From assembly GCA_032718475.1 (NCBI GenBank), contig JAUCBJ010007366.1, positions 47,340 through 111,339 of the forward strand: a DNA stretch of 64,000 nucleotides. The letters are read 5' to 3'. The translations under genes were made by a program, and so were the position numbers. The DNA is from Nemertoderma westbladi (lineage: Eukaryota; Animalia; Xenacoelomorpha). Under the pieces are notes generated by a model. The model did not search any database. It was not told the DNA's origin and worked only from the letters and a program-made list of their open reading frames with translations. This document shows, piece by piece, positions 1 to 10,969 of this stretch (the first letter of the stretch is position 1; each line of letters opens with the position of its first letter).

Positions 1-2
1 CA

Positions 3-527
3 TCGAGTCCCGATTCCCTGGAAGCGCTAACACCCGCGCACTTCCTACTGAAGAAACCTGTAGCCATGCTCCCACGATCGGAGATTGCCGACGGAGACGA
101 ATACTGCCGTCGAACTTGGCAACTTATGCAGTTGCTATCCCGTCGTTTCGCTGACCATTTCGAGAAACATTATCTGCCCACGCTACAACTTCGAACTAAG
201 TGGTTTGCGCAGCAAGAAAACGTCAGCGCCGGAGATATGGTGCTTATTGTAGATCCAGACCTCCCACGTAAACGGTGGCAGACAGGTCGTATCATCGAGA
301 CCCACATCTCAGATGATGGTTTAGTACGCTCGGTAGAACTCATCGTCATGCGGCGTAACTTCAAGAAGCCAGGCATAATCTTTGAGACGCAACAACTCAA
401 TCGCCCAGTTGGTCGTTTATGTTTACTGGAAAGAGACAGAGAACTCTCCGGGAACTATGGAAGGCAAGACACTCTTCCCATGACCACCTCCCTAATTCCT
501 CAAACATCTAGGGACTCCCCAACGTAA
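3..527 (+). CDS. C-terminal end of BEL/Pao retrotransposon Pol (integrase C-terminus, DUF5641-like); 5'-truncated by the window edge
   Basis: Frame is open from the window start: EALTPAHFLL...RRTWQLMQ...KHYLPTLQLRTKW...GDMVLIVD...W.TGRII...DGLVRSV...RPVGRLCLL, the characteristic BEL/Pao integrase tail. Confidence 0.9.
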   Translation, partial: SSPDSLEALTPAHFLLKKPVAMLPRSEIADGDEYCRRTWQLMQLLSRRFADHFEKHYLPTLQLRTKWFAQQENVSAGDMVLIVDPDLPRKRWQTGRIIETHISDDGLVRSVELIVMRRNFKKPGIIFETQQLNRPVGRLCLLERDRELSGNYGRQDTLPMTTSLIPQTSRDSPT

Positions 528-1075
528 CAGCGTCTGGAGTGGGTGTATGACTATATTATTTTATCTATTTGTTATATTTTTATATGCGAACTTTATTATG
601 TACTTTATTATAATCGTTTTTATTCAATTTTATTTAGTAGAATGTTATTTTAGTGATTATTTAGTAGATTAGTGCAATATATTAGTGTTTATTACATACG
701 TAATTACTTATAATATATATTTAGTGCGACGGCGAGAAAATAATTATTTTTCTCTATCCTTACTGTCCGTATCATATTATAAATACGTGACTACAGTAAG
801 ATGAAATGTCCGTACTTCTTAAAGTACAATAAAGCCACTACTATATTCAAGTATTATTGGTAGGCAGAGTATTAGGAATGCAAAGTTCAGATCCTCGTGT
901 CTCGGCTAAGCCAAGCTCTGGGTAGACCTTGGAAACGACTTGCCTCTTCACACTGACATTGCTTCGTGCGATATTGCTCTTCTACCTTATATTAAATAAT
1001 ACATATAGTAGCGTGATGTCCATATAACAGTAGCGTAAAACGCAAATAAATCTGTTAAACCTTTTGACCATCTGT

Positions 1076-1350
1076 AATTCTAGTCGATTAAGATATTGCG
1101 GCACCCACCGATATACTTGAAAGACCAATTCTAGAATCAGTGGTTAACGTCCCCAGACAAGTTCTGGAATAAATCGGTGCCCATCTTAAATATTAATTTA
1201 ATATTTATTAAAATCTGTAAAATTCAGATCCGTTAACAATTCTAGTCGATTAAGATGTCGTAGCACTTACCGATACTCTTAAAAGACAAATTTCATAGAA
1301 TTAAGGATCCTATGTCCCCAGACCTGCTCTGGAATCAAATTGTGTCAATT
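1076..1350. repeat. Two diverged direct repeats, period ~163 bp, in the BEL internal region
   Basis: AATTCTAGTCGATTAAGAT...CCGATA...AAAGAC...GTCCCCAGAC...CTGGAAT occurs at ~1076 and ~1239. Confidence 0.85.
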
Positions 1351-2154
1351 TTAACATCAAATAATAAAATTCACGGGAATAAATTCAAATTCATATTTTA
1401 AATGAATTTCATAAATTGTCATTTTGTACAATTTATAACATTCCCAAAATTCCATTAATTAATAGATCATGGGAGCGGAGATTCATCCTATTGAGTGTAT
1501 TAGAGTGCGAGAATCTCCAACATATAGTCAATAGCCGATAAAATTAATAAAATCATGCATAAAGAGGATATTGACAATTAAAGAATTATTATTAAATAGC
1601 ATCCCAGATCTGTATGCATGAGAATTACCCTAATTCTACCGCTAGCATTCCATAATGTCACCATAGCAACACCCACGCTAGAATTAGAAGCAAGTTAAAA
1701 GAACAATAGAAAGCTTGTCCCATTGCATAGCATAGAGAATATAGCACACTGTTAGTATCCAAGGATACACAGTAATAACGTGACATTCTGGAAGGCACTG
1801 ACTAACGGACAAATGGCCTGTATGTGTGCAGTTGGTGACAGTTGTGTGGAATTTGTGCGTTTATAGGTGAATGTTACTGCTAAAGTATGTTTACAGTAGC
1901 TAGTCGCAATTGTAAAAATAGCCCAACTCTCCTATAGAAAGAACCTAAGTGGATCCAAGCCTTTGGGACGGACAGTGGAGTGACTTGTGCCGGTTATCGT
2001 TGTCGTGCTGTTGCTACATGTTGGCGTAAACACCGCGACGACGGTACATCGGCGCTGAGAATCCCACTGTCCGGGGGCAAAGAGAAGTAGGCAGCGACGC
2101 CCGCTCGCCTAAAATATAAACTTATTTGGATATTAATAAACTCAGATAGCAGAT

Positions 2155-3423
2155 ATGACGGAGTTGATAGAAGATGATCTTGGTATTAGGGAGCGATATA
2201 CTCTACCTTTACAAGCATTTGTGGATAGCTTAATACGCGGTGAAGCCGATCCAACCATTACGGAGGACGATGGTCGTTATATCGAACCGCCGATGTCCCA
2301 AGAGCAACTTGCACGTGAATTGGACTATCGAAAATTCACCACTCGCTATACGAATCGTAATGGTACGTATATGGACTTCTTAACTACCGGCCATCCTATC
2401 GATTTGCATGATACGGACGATGTAGATACAGAGAGGGAAATGGTTCTATTTAAATATCATACCCAGCGGAGTCGTAACGATAAACCGAGAATAGATCACG
2501 AAAATTCTATTCGTAATCGACTGGAAAGAGAAAACGTTGAAGAACCGGATAAACGCATCGACTTCAACGAATACCTAGAATTTTTGAGAGAAACCTATCT
2601 CAACATCGCCAGTCAGCAGAACTTAGAGACTCGATATCCTCAAGGTATACATCACGACCCTGTGGTAGAACTCAAACGGCTCTATTTCACTATGATGTAT
2701 CTTACCGCCGATCGTCCACTACCTGTTATCCCGGATAGTTTTGAACAAATGGAAGAATACTGCAAAACTGGAGAACGATCACCCGCGTTTCCTCTACAGG
2801 ACGTACGTCTTTGGTATTATTGTGACGAATGCCCTAGACCCAACCAACAAACTGAAAGACATAAACATCCGCGGAGACGTTGCGCTAAACACAGCTTTAC
2901 GCGTTACACTTACGGGAGTTTCGAGCGAAACCTGTTCGACATACCACCTACGATCGCTCGTCTTAAACGATCACTGAATAAACCCATGATCAGAGTTCCG
3001 GAATACTCGGTCAGGCCTCCTCATTCCCTAGTGAGACCTCAAACTCTTGATCCTAACAGTATCACTGATCCTCCCGAACTATATTCCCTGTTCAAAGACT
3101 TAGTGTTACCCGAACAATTAATCGGTGGTGCTCCGGTAGTGGGTTCGTTAGACATCCGCCCATCCTACTTAGCCGGATTGGGACGCGGGCAGCTAATATC
3201 GCCCTTTGATCCTTACAATCGTCCAGGATTAAACCCGATGCAACCCGCCACAGAAGTCGAGGAGAGCGTTATAAGAAACGCTTTAGACGCCATTCGACAG
3301 AAAATCGGAAAGGGAACACAAGATTGTTTAGAGAAACGGAAATTACAACAACAAGTCCATTATTTGAAGAAGAGAAAATACAAAGATATGGAAATGTGGA
3401 GACGTATACCACTCGGCACATGA
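2155..3423 (+). CDS. Accessory ORF-A, 422 aa, function unknown; one possible Zn-binding cluster (CDEC...H.H...C..H)
   Basis: Long intronless ORF with an ATG start; no family recognised; no transmembrane segment visible. Confidence 0.7.
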   Translation: MTELIEDDLGIRERYTLPLQAFVDSLIRGEADPTITEDDGRYIEPPMSQEQLARELDYRKFTTRYTNRNGTYMDFLTTGHPIDLHDTDDVDTEREMVLFKYHTQRSRNDKPRIDHENSIRNRLERENVEEPDKRIDFNEYLEFLRETYLNIASQQNLETRYPQGIHHDPVVELKRLYFTMMYLTADRPLPVIPDSFEQMEEYCKTGERSPAFPLQDVRLWYYCDECPRPNQQTERHKHPRRRCAKHSFTRYTYGSFERNLFDIPPTIARLKRSLNKPMIRVPEYSVRPPHSLVRPQTLDPNSITDPPELYSLFKDLVLPEQLIGGAPVVGSLDIRPSYLAGLGRGQLISPFDPYNRPGLNPMQPATEVEESVIRNALDAIRQKIGKGTQDCLEKRKLQQQVHYLKKRKYKDMEMWRRIPLGT

Positions 3424-5657
3424 AGTATAGTGATCTCCCTGACGCTAACCAATGCGCCACCTTGTGGCATCCAGTAGGGATGACCCTAGAGAACGCCACC
3501 AAGGAGTGGAATGAAACCCTTAATGTTATTGAGATGTATGGAGTTGTCACCTACGATAATGAAGGTAGCGTTCCGGTCGGAGAACTAGGAACTACGCGCA
3601 TGATCCACATACGCGGATTAGCGGGTTCTACCCACTTGTTTACTCGAGCGTGTTCCGACGTGATTGATTATTCTTTTGAAACTCTCACCGAAACACAAAA
3701 GAATCTCCGACATGGACAATTCGAACTCGCGCAGCGTTACGTCATTGACACCGAACGCAAACCGGCCATGGGCATCGATGGATCGATGTTACCCCAGCCC
3801 GTACTCGAGATGTTATTCAACGAAAGAATCCTTAAAATCGGCTCAGCTGTTTATGGAGATCTCCAAAACGACTTTCGGAATATGGAGAACATTCCATACC
3901 CTTTCGTTGATACTCAGTTGATTGCTCCCTGGGCAGAAGGTCGAGGTTTCTTCCACACCATGTATGCTAATACGTCTAGCAACATTACAAAGGTGCAACG
4001 AACTTCCATCGGACATCTTGCCTTTCAGGAATACGGATGGAATTTCAAAGTCGGAAATCCCATTAACTATCAACAAGTATACGGAGACCATTATTCTCGA
4101 TTATACTTTGATGGACCATTGACCGCACCTGGCGCCGTGTATAGCTTCATGAGTGTTCCACTCCGTCCCTCTTTAGCTATATACACGATCTTTGAAAACA
4201 CCGCACTTGCCGGTTGGCTAGCCGATGTGTGCAGTCGTACTATACGCGCCCATCCATTAATACTTGGGACCAAACTCGCTAAGCTAGATGAACATAATAA
4301 ATTCATCCATTTCGAATGTTTCCGGCGATTTTTAACCCCGTTCCGCAACATGGATAGCCAATTTAAAGACCGCGCTTTGACCAAACTCAGCCTAAGAAAC
4401 TCAGCTGCAGAGAAGTTGGATAGCGCTGGATTCGCCATTTTCAAAGAGATTTGTATATCGAACTTGCACTCCTCTGTTATACAAAGACCTCGAATCCCCA
4501 CAGGTTATTCTGTCGTGGAAATTCAGACAATAGGTCCCCCTGAAGAGACAGACGCACCCACTTCAGCTATGCACTTGGAAGACGAACCAATATGTCTAGA
4601 ATCTGAAGAGATTCAGCCTATCGCGCCCCGGAACAGCGACAACGATTACATCATAGAATGGTATCAAGGTCCACAGTGTCTCACTGCGTACGATTATCGA
4701 CATGCCAACTATGTTTCTAGGCAACGTTGTCGGTTATGCGCATCGAGAGACCACGATACGCCCATGGACACCAACGTCCGCTGTTCCTATTTCCAAGAAC
4801 AACCGACTATGGAAATTTATTGCGCATATTGCAGACTCAATAACTTGCATATCTTTGCGGTTTGCCCTCAATTTATGACTCAATGTCACCATTGTCAACT
4901 AAAGGGACATGCTAGTTTCGACTGCCCTTTTAATCACGATTTGGAAAGCGTAGATGAAATGATCACACTACGTTACATCAGAGCTTGGGAAGCGAACGCT
5001 GATTTACATTGTGATTCGCGCCATCGCTATTATCCCGGACGCGCTTACGAAGGAGTTTATGCGTTCCATCCTTATCTATTCGCTTCGGTTGAACAGAAAT
5101 CACGCATATCAAGTTACGAGCTACTGAAGCGCGTTGGAGAATGTATTTCAACCAAATTCGTACGCAAATTTCTCAGGAGTGTTAATCCTAGCGACCTTCA
5201 TTCCTATAACTTAATCAATTATATCCGTCAGGATCCGGACTATGGAGACTTGTTTGTTAACTCACACCCCGAGTTACAGGAAGTATATCGACGGCCTTAC
5301 GAATACCGAGCCCGCGAACGCGAGTTGGAAAGGACCATTAAACCCCGGAGGTTTCTAACTGCCTATGGTCCACCCACGGCCCTCGTTCAGACCACTCGTA
5401 AAGGACCCGTAAGAGCAGCTGTCTTGAAACGAGCTCTCAAAGCCGTTAGACCCCTCTCCCCGGACGTTGATGTCAATCAACCCGGTACTTCGACTGGCGG
5501 ATACACCGACCATAATCCTACACCCTCTGATGCAATCATATTGCACCCTTCACCCAGGAGTTATAGCCCTCCTTGTAAAGTGGCTCGCCCCAAAGAGAAA
5601 AGGACTCTGGCTAGCTTTAAGAAACTGCGTAAACGCCGTCCGCGCAAGAAAGACTAA
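3420..5657 (+). CDS. Accessory ORF-B: DEDDy-like (WRN/EXD/RNase D-type) 3'-5' exonuclease domain, three CCHC-type zinc knuckles and a basic C-terminus
   Basis: ExoI-like VVTYDNEG; ExoII-like LEMLFNERILKIGSAVYGDL; FVDTQ and SIGHLA; ExoIII-like IYTIFE; knuckles CRLCASRDH, CAYC..H..C and CHHCQLKGHASFDC; tail KKLRKRRPRKKD. First ATG at 3420 overlaps the ORF-A stop. Confidence 0.7.
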   Translation: MKYSDLPDANQCATLWHPVGMTLENATKEWNETLNVIEMYGVVTYDNEGSVPVGELGTTRMIHIRGLAGSTHLFTRACSDVIDYSFETLTETQKNLRHGQFELAQRYVIDTERKPAMGIDGSMLPQPVLEMLFNERILKIGSAVYGDLQNDFRNMENIPYPFVDTQLIAPWAEGRGFFHTMYANTSSNITKVQRTSIGHLAFQEYGWNFKVGNPINYQQVYGDHYSRLYFDGPLTAPGAVYSFMSVPLRPSLAIYTIFENTALAGWLADVCSRTIRAHPLILGTKLAKLDEHNKFIHFECFRRFLTPFRNMDSQFKDRALTKLSLRNSAAEKLDSAGFAIFKEICISNLHSSVIQRPRIPTGYSVVEIQTIGPPEETDAPTSAMHLEDEPICLESEEIQPIAPRNSDNDYIIEWYQGPQCLTAYDYRHANYVSRQRCRLCASRDHDTPMDTNVRCSYFQEQPTMEIYCAYCRLNNLHIFAVCPQFMTQCHHCQLKGHASFDCPFNHDLESVDEMITLRYIRAWEANADLHCDSRHRYYPGRAYEGVYAFHPYLFASVEQKSRISSYELLKRVGECISTKFVRKFLRSVNPSDLHSYNLINYIRQDPDYGDLFVNSHPELQEVYRRPYEYRARERELERTIKPRRFLTAYGPPTALVQTTRKGPVRAAVLKRALKAVRPLSPDVDVNQPGTSTGGYTDHNPTPSDAIILHPSPRSYSPPCKVARPKEKRTLASFKKLRKRRPRKKD

Positions 5658-5735
5658 CTGTTTAGAGTATTTACGTATATTAGAAACTGTGATTTTGTAT
5701 ATTTTATAGACTCAAATCCCATTTTCTGGGAGCGG

Positions 5736-6400
5736 TGTAAAAGCTTCTGTGGGATATAACTGGCCCTTTTGCTTCGCAATCCAGTTTCCCCCCTAGGCGC
5801 TGGAATACTCTAAAAGGCTCTATAACTATATATATATTCCCCTCGCCCGCAAGGTACCGTTATAGGTGTTTTAACGGACATAAAAGTCATTCTGCTATAT
5901 ACGTGTTTTGGCGGACATGGTAAGGCAAAAAACCTGCAATGCACCAAATACCTTTCACAGCTTAGCCGTGATGATTCATATTACGACATCTAACAGCTGG
6001 TTGCTGACATGGAAACAGCCATTGGCCACATGGTTCTTTGTTTAGCTTAAGCCAATCAGAGCGATTTTTTCTGTCGATGTGGAGCTTTTCGGCCGATCAT
6101 ACTAGGAGTGTTCAGTCTTACTGTTTTTTGTGATACTTTGTGTTGTTGCTTTCTAGGCCAGGAACACCGGCTCTAGAGTCAATTCGTTTCATACTTTAGA
6201 AGAAACATTAGTAGGCTTAAATTATAGAGCGTATAACTGTTATCACATCATATATCAATTTATATCAACTTGTTTCTATTCTTGCATTATCGGTTCAACA
6301 TACATTATTATACTGCTATTTACTGTTGTGTTTTGGTTGAATATTATTTGGAGAACATATATAAAGAACCCAAATTTCCCAATTTTCTTGATACACTACA
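5736..6400 (+). repeat. Putative 3' LTR (TGTA...TACA, ~665 bp) preceded by a PPT-like tract
   Basis: TTTTCTGGGAGCGG|TGTAAAAG at 5736 and ...GATACACTACA at 6400; no second copy in the window to confirm the ends. Confidence 0.5.
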
Positions 6401-6499
6401 GGTTAGAGAGGCGGGTTATATATAGCGATTGCGACTTATATTGTTGTGGTTTGTAGTGAATTTAATGCTATTTGGTAAGCCCTACATGAGTCAATTGCT

Positions 6500-6985
6500 G
6501 TTCGCTTTATATATGATAAAATTCATTGACGGTCGGCAAATTAGTGAGCAGTATTGTGTGTTACCGGTAGTGTGCCTGATAGTGATTGATAACTAAGCAT
6601 TTCCTAAAGAATGCGCCTCATACGTGAATCATAAGCCTTACCGACTTACCGTTGTGATTAGTATAAGTCATATCTCTGTTTACTTAGATAGAGCGCCACG
6701 TCCTAAAGGAACTGTTAATATTTCCCGAAAGTGAATAATATTAGTCAGAAATTATTTATTAACGATCAATCGAATAATACAGTAAGCTTACACTGCAATA
6801 ATAATCTAAGCCCTCAGAATCCAGTCTCCCGGGTATATCCAGCGGGTGAATGGACGCGCACTAGGCTGGCTTCTGCTAATGTTGTGTTTATTGGTATTAA
6901 ATATTTGTCATCTTCTAAAGTCTATTTATAAACCAAAAGACATATAAATTTTGGCAGGTTAAACTGCTAAAGGTCTTCAAAAGCG
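6500..6985. repeat. Dispersed repeat with a diverged reverse-complement copy at ~33940-34390
   Basis: Shared blocks such as GACGGTCGGCAAATTAG, AGCGCCACGTCC.AAAGGAACTGTTAATATTTCCC and TTGGCAGGTTAAACTGCTAAAGGTCT. Confidence 0.8.
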
Positions 6986-7850
6986 CGTACAAATAGTACA
7001 AATGAGTACAAACGAGTGAGAAACGCATACAAAACGTGTATACCAGTGTAGCTGTGTATAGTAAGTATACACTACACTTACACTACACTTGTATACAAAT
7101 ATAATTATTTGTAAGCAAATGCAACGGCACCTGGAATATGCGCCGCTACAGTGTCAATCACTAGCGGCCATGGTCTGATGGTTCTGTGGTCAGTATGAAA
7201 TGATTGACAGAACTTTGATTCATGTAGATTTTGACTGGCATACAGTACAAGTATAAATAGGCTACAGTTCGTATAATACAATATAATGCAATAGGCCTAC
7301 ATATTATGTAGTGGGTCAGTGGGTAGATAAAACTCCTATACTGTAACTGTGATTCAAAATTTAGGTCATAGTCTTAAAGTAGCCCATATACTGCAGTACT
7401 GAAGGATAGACTGTATGCTACGTTATGTGGGCTATGTATGTCTGTATGTACGCCTCTATCTGCAACTTTATTGAGTTCTCCCTCTGTAATTTTGCGGGCT
7501 TGGGACCGTTTTTTGTGTTTTTTGAAAACAAAAAGCTGCAATAAAACTCATAAGATTGTATTGTAATACTCTCTGACTGTCTGACTGCTAGATCAGCCCC
7601 CGCTCAATGCATGGCTCGCCCCACAATCAGAAAATGCTTTGTTTTATTTTGCACATCATGTGCGCCACTCTAAACGATTTGAACTACACTTGGATACACG
7701 TTTTGCAAGCGTTTCTCACTCGTATGTACTCTTTTGTACTATTTTTGCACTCTTTTGTACTATTTTTGCACTTTATTGTACTCTTTTGTATTCTTTTGTA
7801 CTACTATATTGTACTATTTTGTATTTTTTTGTACAAATTCGTCGGTACAA
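6980..7850. repeat. Inverted-repeat (foldback-like) pair with TTTTGTAC subrepeats
   Basis: GAGTACAAACGAGTGAGAAACGCATACAAAACGTGTAT (~7004-7041) is approximately the reverse complement of ~7694-7731. Confidence 0.65.
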
Positions 7851-8902
7851 CTTGTACTACCGGTAACTTACTGACATAAGGAAATCTCTGTATTAAAGCT
7901 TAAGAAAATCTGGCCCCCAATCACCGCCACCAGTTAACCCGATGGCATGGCCTTTGTTTATAGTACGCCTTGAACACGTCGCTCTGGGATGGACAGCGAC
8001 ACGTCAGGCTGTCAGGGTATCCTGTACATCGTGTCGTTCTGTGTGTGGCCAAAAACAAAATTACAAACACATACTGTACTGATGTAACATCATTATTTAC
8101 TAACAGTATATCTAACACCAAAAAGGCGGGAAATTCAAATATGAAATAGAAATTAACAATACAGCTGCTGAGCTGTACAGGCATAAGACTGATAGATTCA
8201 TAGTGCATGCATAACACAGATCAGCAGACAGCAGATACCGGTACGTGCTGATCAGCTGATGGGTCAAGTGTTAGCGTACCCAGGTACCGGTACTGCAGTA
8301 CTGCTGTACTTGTAACTTACTGTACTTTAGTTCCAGAGTTTGCCATCCAAGTCCAAGTCACAAGTGGACTGTAAACGAATAGGGCCTAACTGTACAAGCA
8401 ACTAGCAGACTAGTAGGACAGTAGGAGTGCATGAGTGGTAGCCTGGTAGGGCTGTAGGGTTAGGGTACAGGGTAGGCAGGTCAGCAGGTAGGCGCCTACT
8501 ACCTGACTACAGTCTGACAGTACTACTGTACTACTGCCTGACTGCATACGGTCAGACGGTAGGCCTAAATTAATACTGTAAATACCTTAGCTTAATATTG
8601 TCTGATTGTAATACAGTAATAGGAATATGCCTACCTTCCTGAGTTCCACCTTACACAGAACACAGGCAGGGCAGACAGGTCAGCCACCAGCAGCACTCTG
8701 GCACTCAGCCAGCAGGTAGGCCTATCTGCCTATACGCTATACCGTACTGCACTGCACTGCCGTGGGCAGGTACAGAGGTAGGTCAGTAGGTACCGGTACG
8801 CGGTAGGGCGTAGGGGCGGTCGCGGTACCTACAGTGCTACAGACCTACGTCAGTATGTCGTGCAGTCAATATATAGGCCTAGCACCTAGCCATTCTGCTA
8901 AG

Positions 8903-9648
8903 TAGGGCATGTACGCCGAACGCGTTCGGCGCACAATTTTATCCAGAATTTGGAGCAGGCGCAGAAAATTGAGAGCGCAGCGCAGCGCCACGCAGCGCCG
9001 CGCAGCGCCACGCAGCGCCGCGCAGAGAAAATTTAGAGCGCGGCGCGACAGGCGCAGGCGCAGAAAATTGATAGCACGGCTCAGACTTGCACTACAGCAC
9101 TAAGTCAGTACCGGTAAGTAGACCTACCCCTGGCAGTCTGCCGACTACCGGTAACAGGGTAATGACAATACAGATAAGACGCATTTCTGTAAGAAATACT
9201 GAAATAATAAGCCTCCTACTTGCTACTTGGCTGCTTGGTGTGCTTTAGGCCAGTACAGCAGTAGGCAGGCAGGTACGTGGTAGGAGATTTCGCGCAGTAT
9301 TTCTGCTGTGCGCGCCAATGTGTAATGTCAATGCTGTAATGTCAATAATATAATAAAGCGTCCTACTTCTGTACTTGGTGTGCTTAGGGCTTGCTTAGGC
9401 CAGTAGAGTAGGCAGGCGGGTAGGTGGTACGGTACAGTACCGGTACTACAGAGGTAGGAGATTTCGCGCAGTATTTCTGCTGTGCGCGCCAATCTCGCGC
9501 AGAATTTCTGCTGCGCGCGCCAATCTCGCGCAGTTTTTCTGCTGCGCACGCGGATTTTGCACTGTTTTCGACTGCGCAGGCGCACATTTTTTTCTGCGCC
9601 GCGTCGCGTTCGGCGCACAAAAAAGTCACTTAGCATACGGGGCACCTA
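8903..9648. mobile_element. GC-rich non-autonomous element (TAGG...CCTA) with GCGCAG subterminal repeats
   Basis: GCGCAGAAAA repeats on the left, TTTCTGCGC repeats on the right, CGCGTTCGGCGCACAA at both ends; TSD not resolved. Confidence 0.55.
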
Positions 9649-10595
9649 GCAGCCTAGTGTCATGCTGTGGCCTCCCCACTCACAGTAATTTGCACTCACA
9701 CAGTCACAGTCACAAATTCACATTCATGCGCATGTCTCAGGCAGCAGGCAGGTCAGGTCTCACCATTTTGCCAATACCGGTAGGCCTACTATAAACTGCA
9801 ATAATCTGATACTGCCTCGCTCAGGCCTGCAGGCAGGCAGGCTGCGGCTGGCCATGCCGCCATGCGTCCTTCGTAAAGCAGTAAAGTACTGCGTATATCA
9901 GGTTACAGGGTTATTAATTCAGTCAGTCAGTAATTGTTTCTGAATATATTGCTATTGCGGCATTATTGGCCAGTCTTCCTGCCAGTTGGAAATCAGGCAA
10001 TGCAGCAATGCAATGCTGCAATGTTATGATTGTGGATTGATTCAAATCATCTCACATAATTCATAATAAACAATAGACTCATTCGAACGGCAATGGCAGA
10101 ATGGCACCGTCAACGGCTGCACGGCCACCGACTGACTGACTGACCGAATGTGCAGGAATTACAAGTTCGCCACCTTCAAAACATTTACATATCTTCAGTA
10201 CGTAAAGCAGCTCAACAGCAGTACAGCATTGTAGAATGTATGTAGCATAGACCTATCAATATATATACCGGTCAGCCGGTAGTAAAAACCGCGAAATGGC
10301 GAAAAGGAAGCATTTTATGTCCCCCTGTATCAATACTGGTAGATGTGGTCTCTATAATACAGTAATATTCACCGGTAGTTGCGGTATATACGGTACAGCA
10401 CGGCACAGAAATATATGCAGATACACCAGGCAGTCCTAATCTCAGACGGACTAAATTATTGGTATGTGTGACATAACATTATTATTAGTGACATAATCAT
10501 TTTAACCTAAGTGCCATTGGTGGCTTGGTTCTGACGAATACGTCTACCAGTCTACTGGCATTAATATTTTCTAGAAAGAAGGACCCGCCTGCAGG

Positions 10596-10674
10596 ATGTT
10601 TGAATTCTCCAAATTGCGGTTCCGGTTCATCTTCTCATACATTATGCTGCTGAGCTGTGGAATTTTTCATTCAG
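10596..10674 (+). CDS. PRADC1: PRADC1 coding exon 1 (signal peptide MFEFSKLRFRFIFSYIMLLSCGIFHS)
   Basis: ATG, hydrophobic stretch, CAG|GTAAGT donor; phase 1 matches the next exon. Confidence 0.75.
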
Positions 10675-10969
10675 GTAAGTCTTATATACCTCATTAACTC
10701 ATTACAATTTATGTACCGGTAACGTACCCACACCACACTACAGTTAACTATGAACTAAAGTAATCTCCTCAATTTATGGGTGGGGTTAGAAAAAAATAGA
10801 TTAAACTATCCTGGTATCATCTCCTTGTGGTTGCTTCCAGCTGTCCAGATAAACAACAAAATTGTTCTATAGAATTAGACCTCACATATAGAGAAACAGC
10901 TGTGTAAAAGCCTAAATTGTATTTTGACCAAATAGATAAACAATAGGTCAGATGCTTGCGCTACGGAGA

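Larger units (their letters stand above)
1..6400 (+). mobile_element. BEL/Pao LTR retrotransposon, 3' half, apparently with two accessory ORFs
   Basis: Pol tail, then ~1.6 kb non-coding, two long intronless ORFs, a purine tract (CTGGGAGCGG) and a TGTA...TACA-bounded segment. The 5' LTR is outside the window, so linkage is inferred. Confidence 0.6.

Noticed and set aside
4815-4930. Nanos zinc finger
   Set aside because: Spacing is shorter than the Nanos CCHC-CCHC pattern; it fits generic zinc knuckles better
2155-5657. Envelope (env) gene of the BEL element
   Set aside because: No signal peptide, transmembrane anchor or fusion-protein pattern visible
8909-9645. Arg/Ala-rich short ORFs
   Set aside because: Products of GCGCAG subterminal repeats of a non-autonomous element
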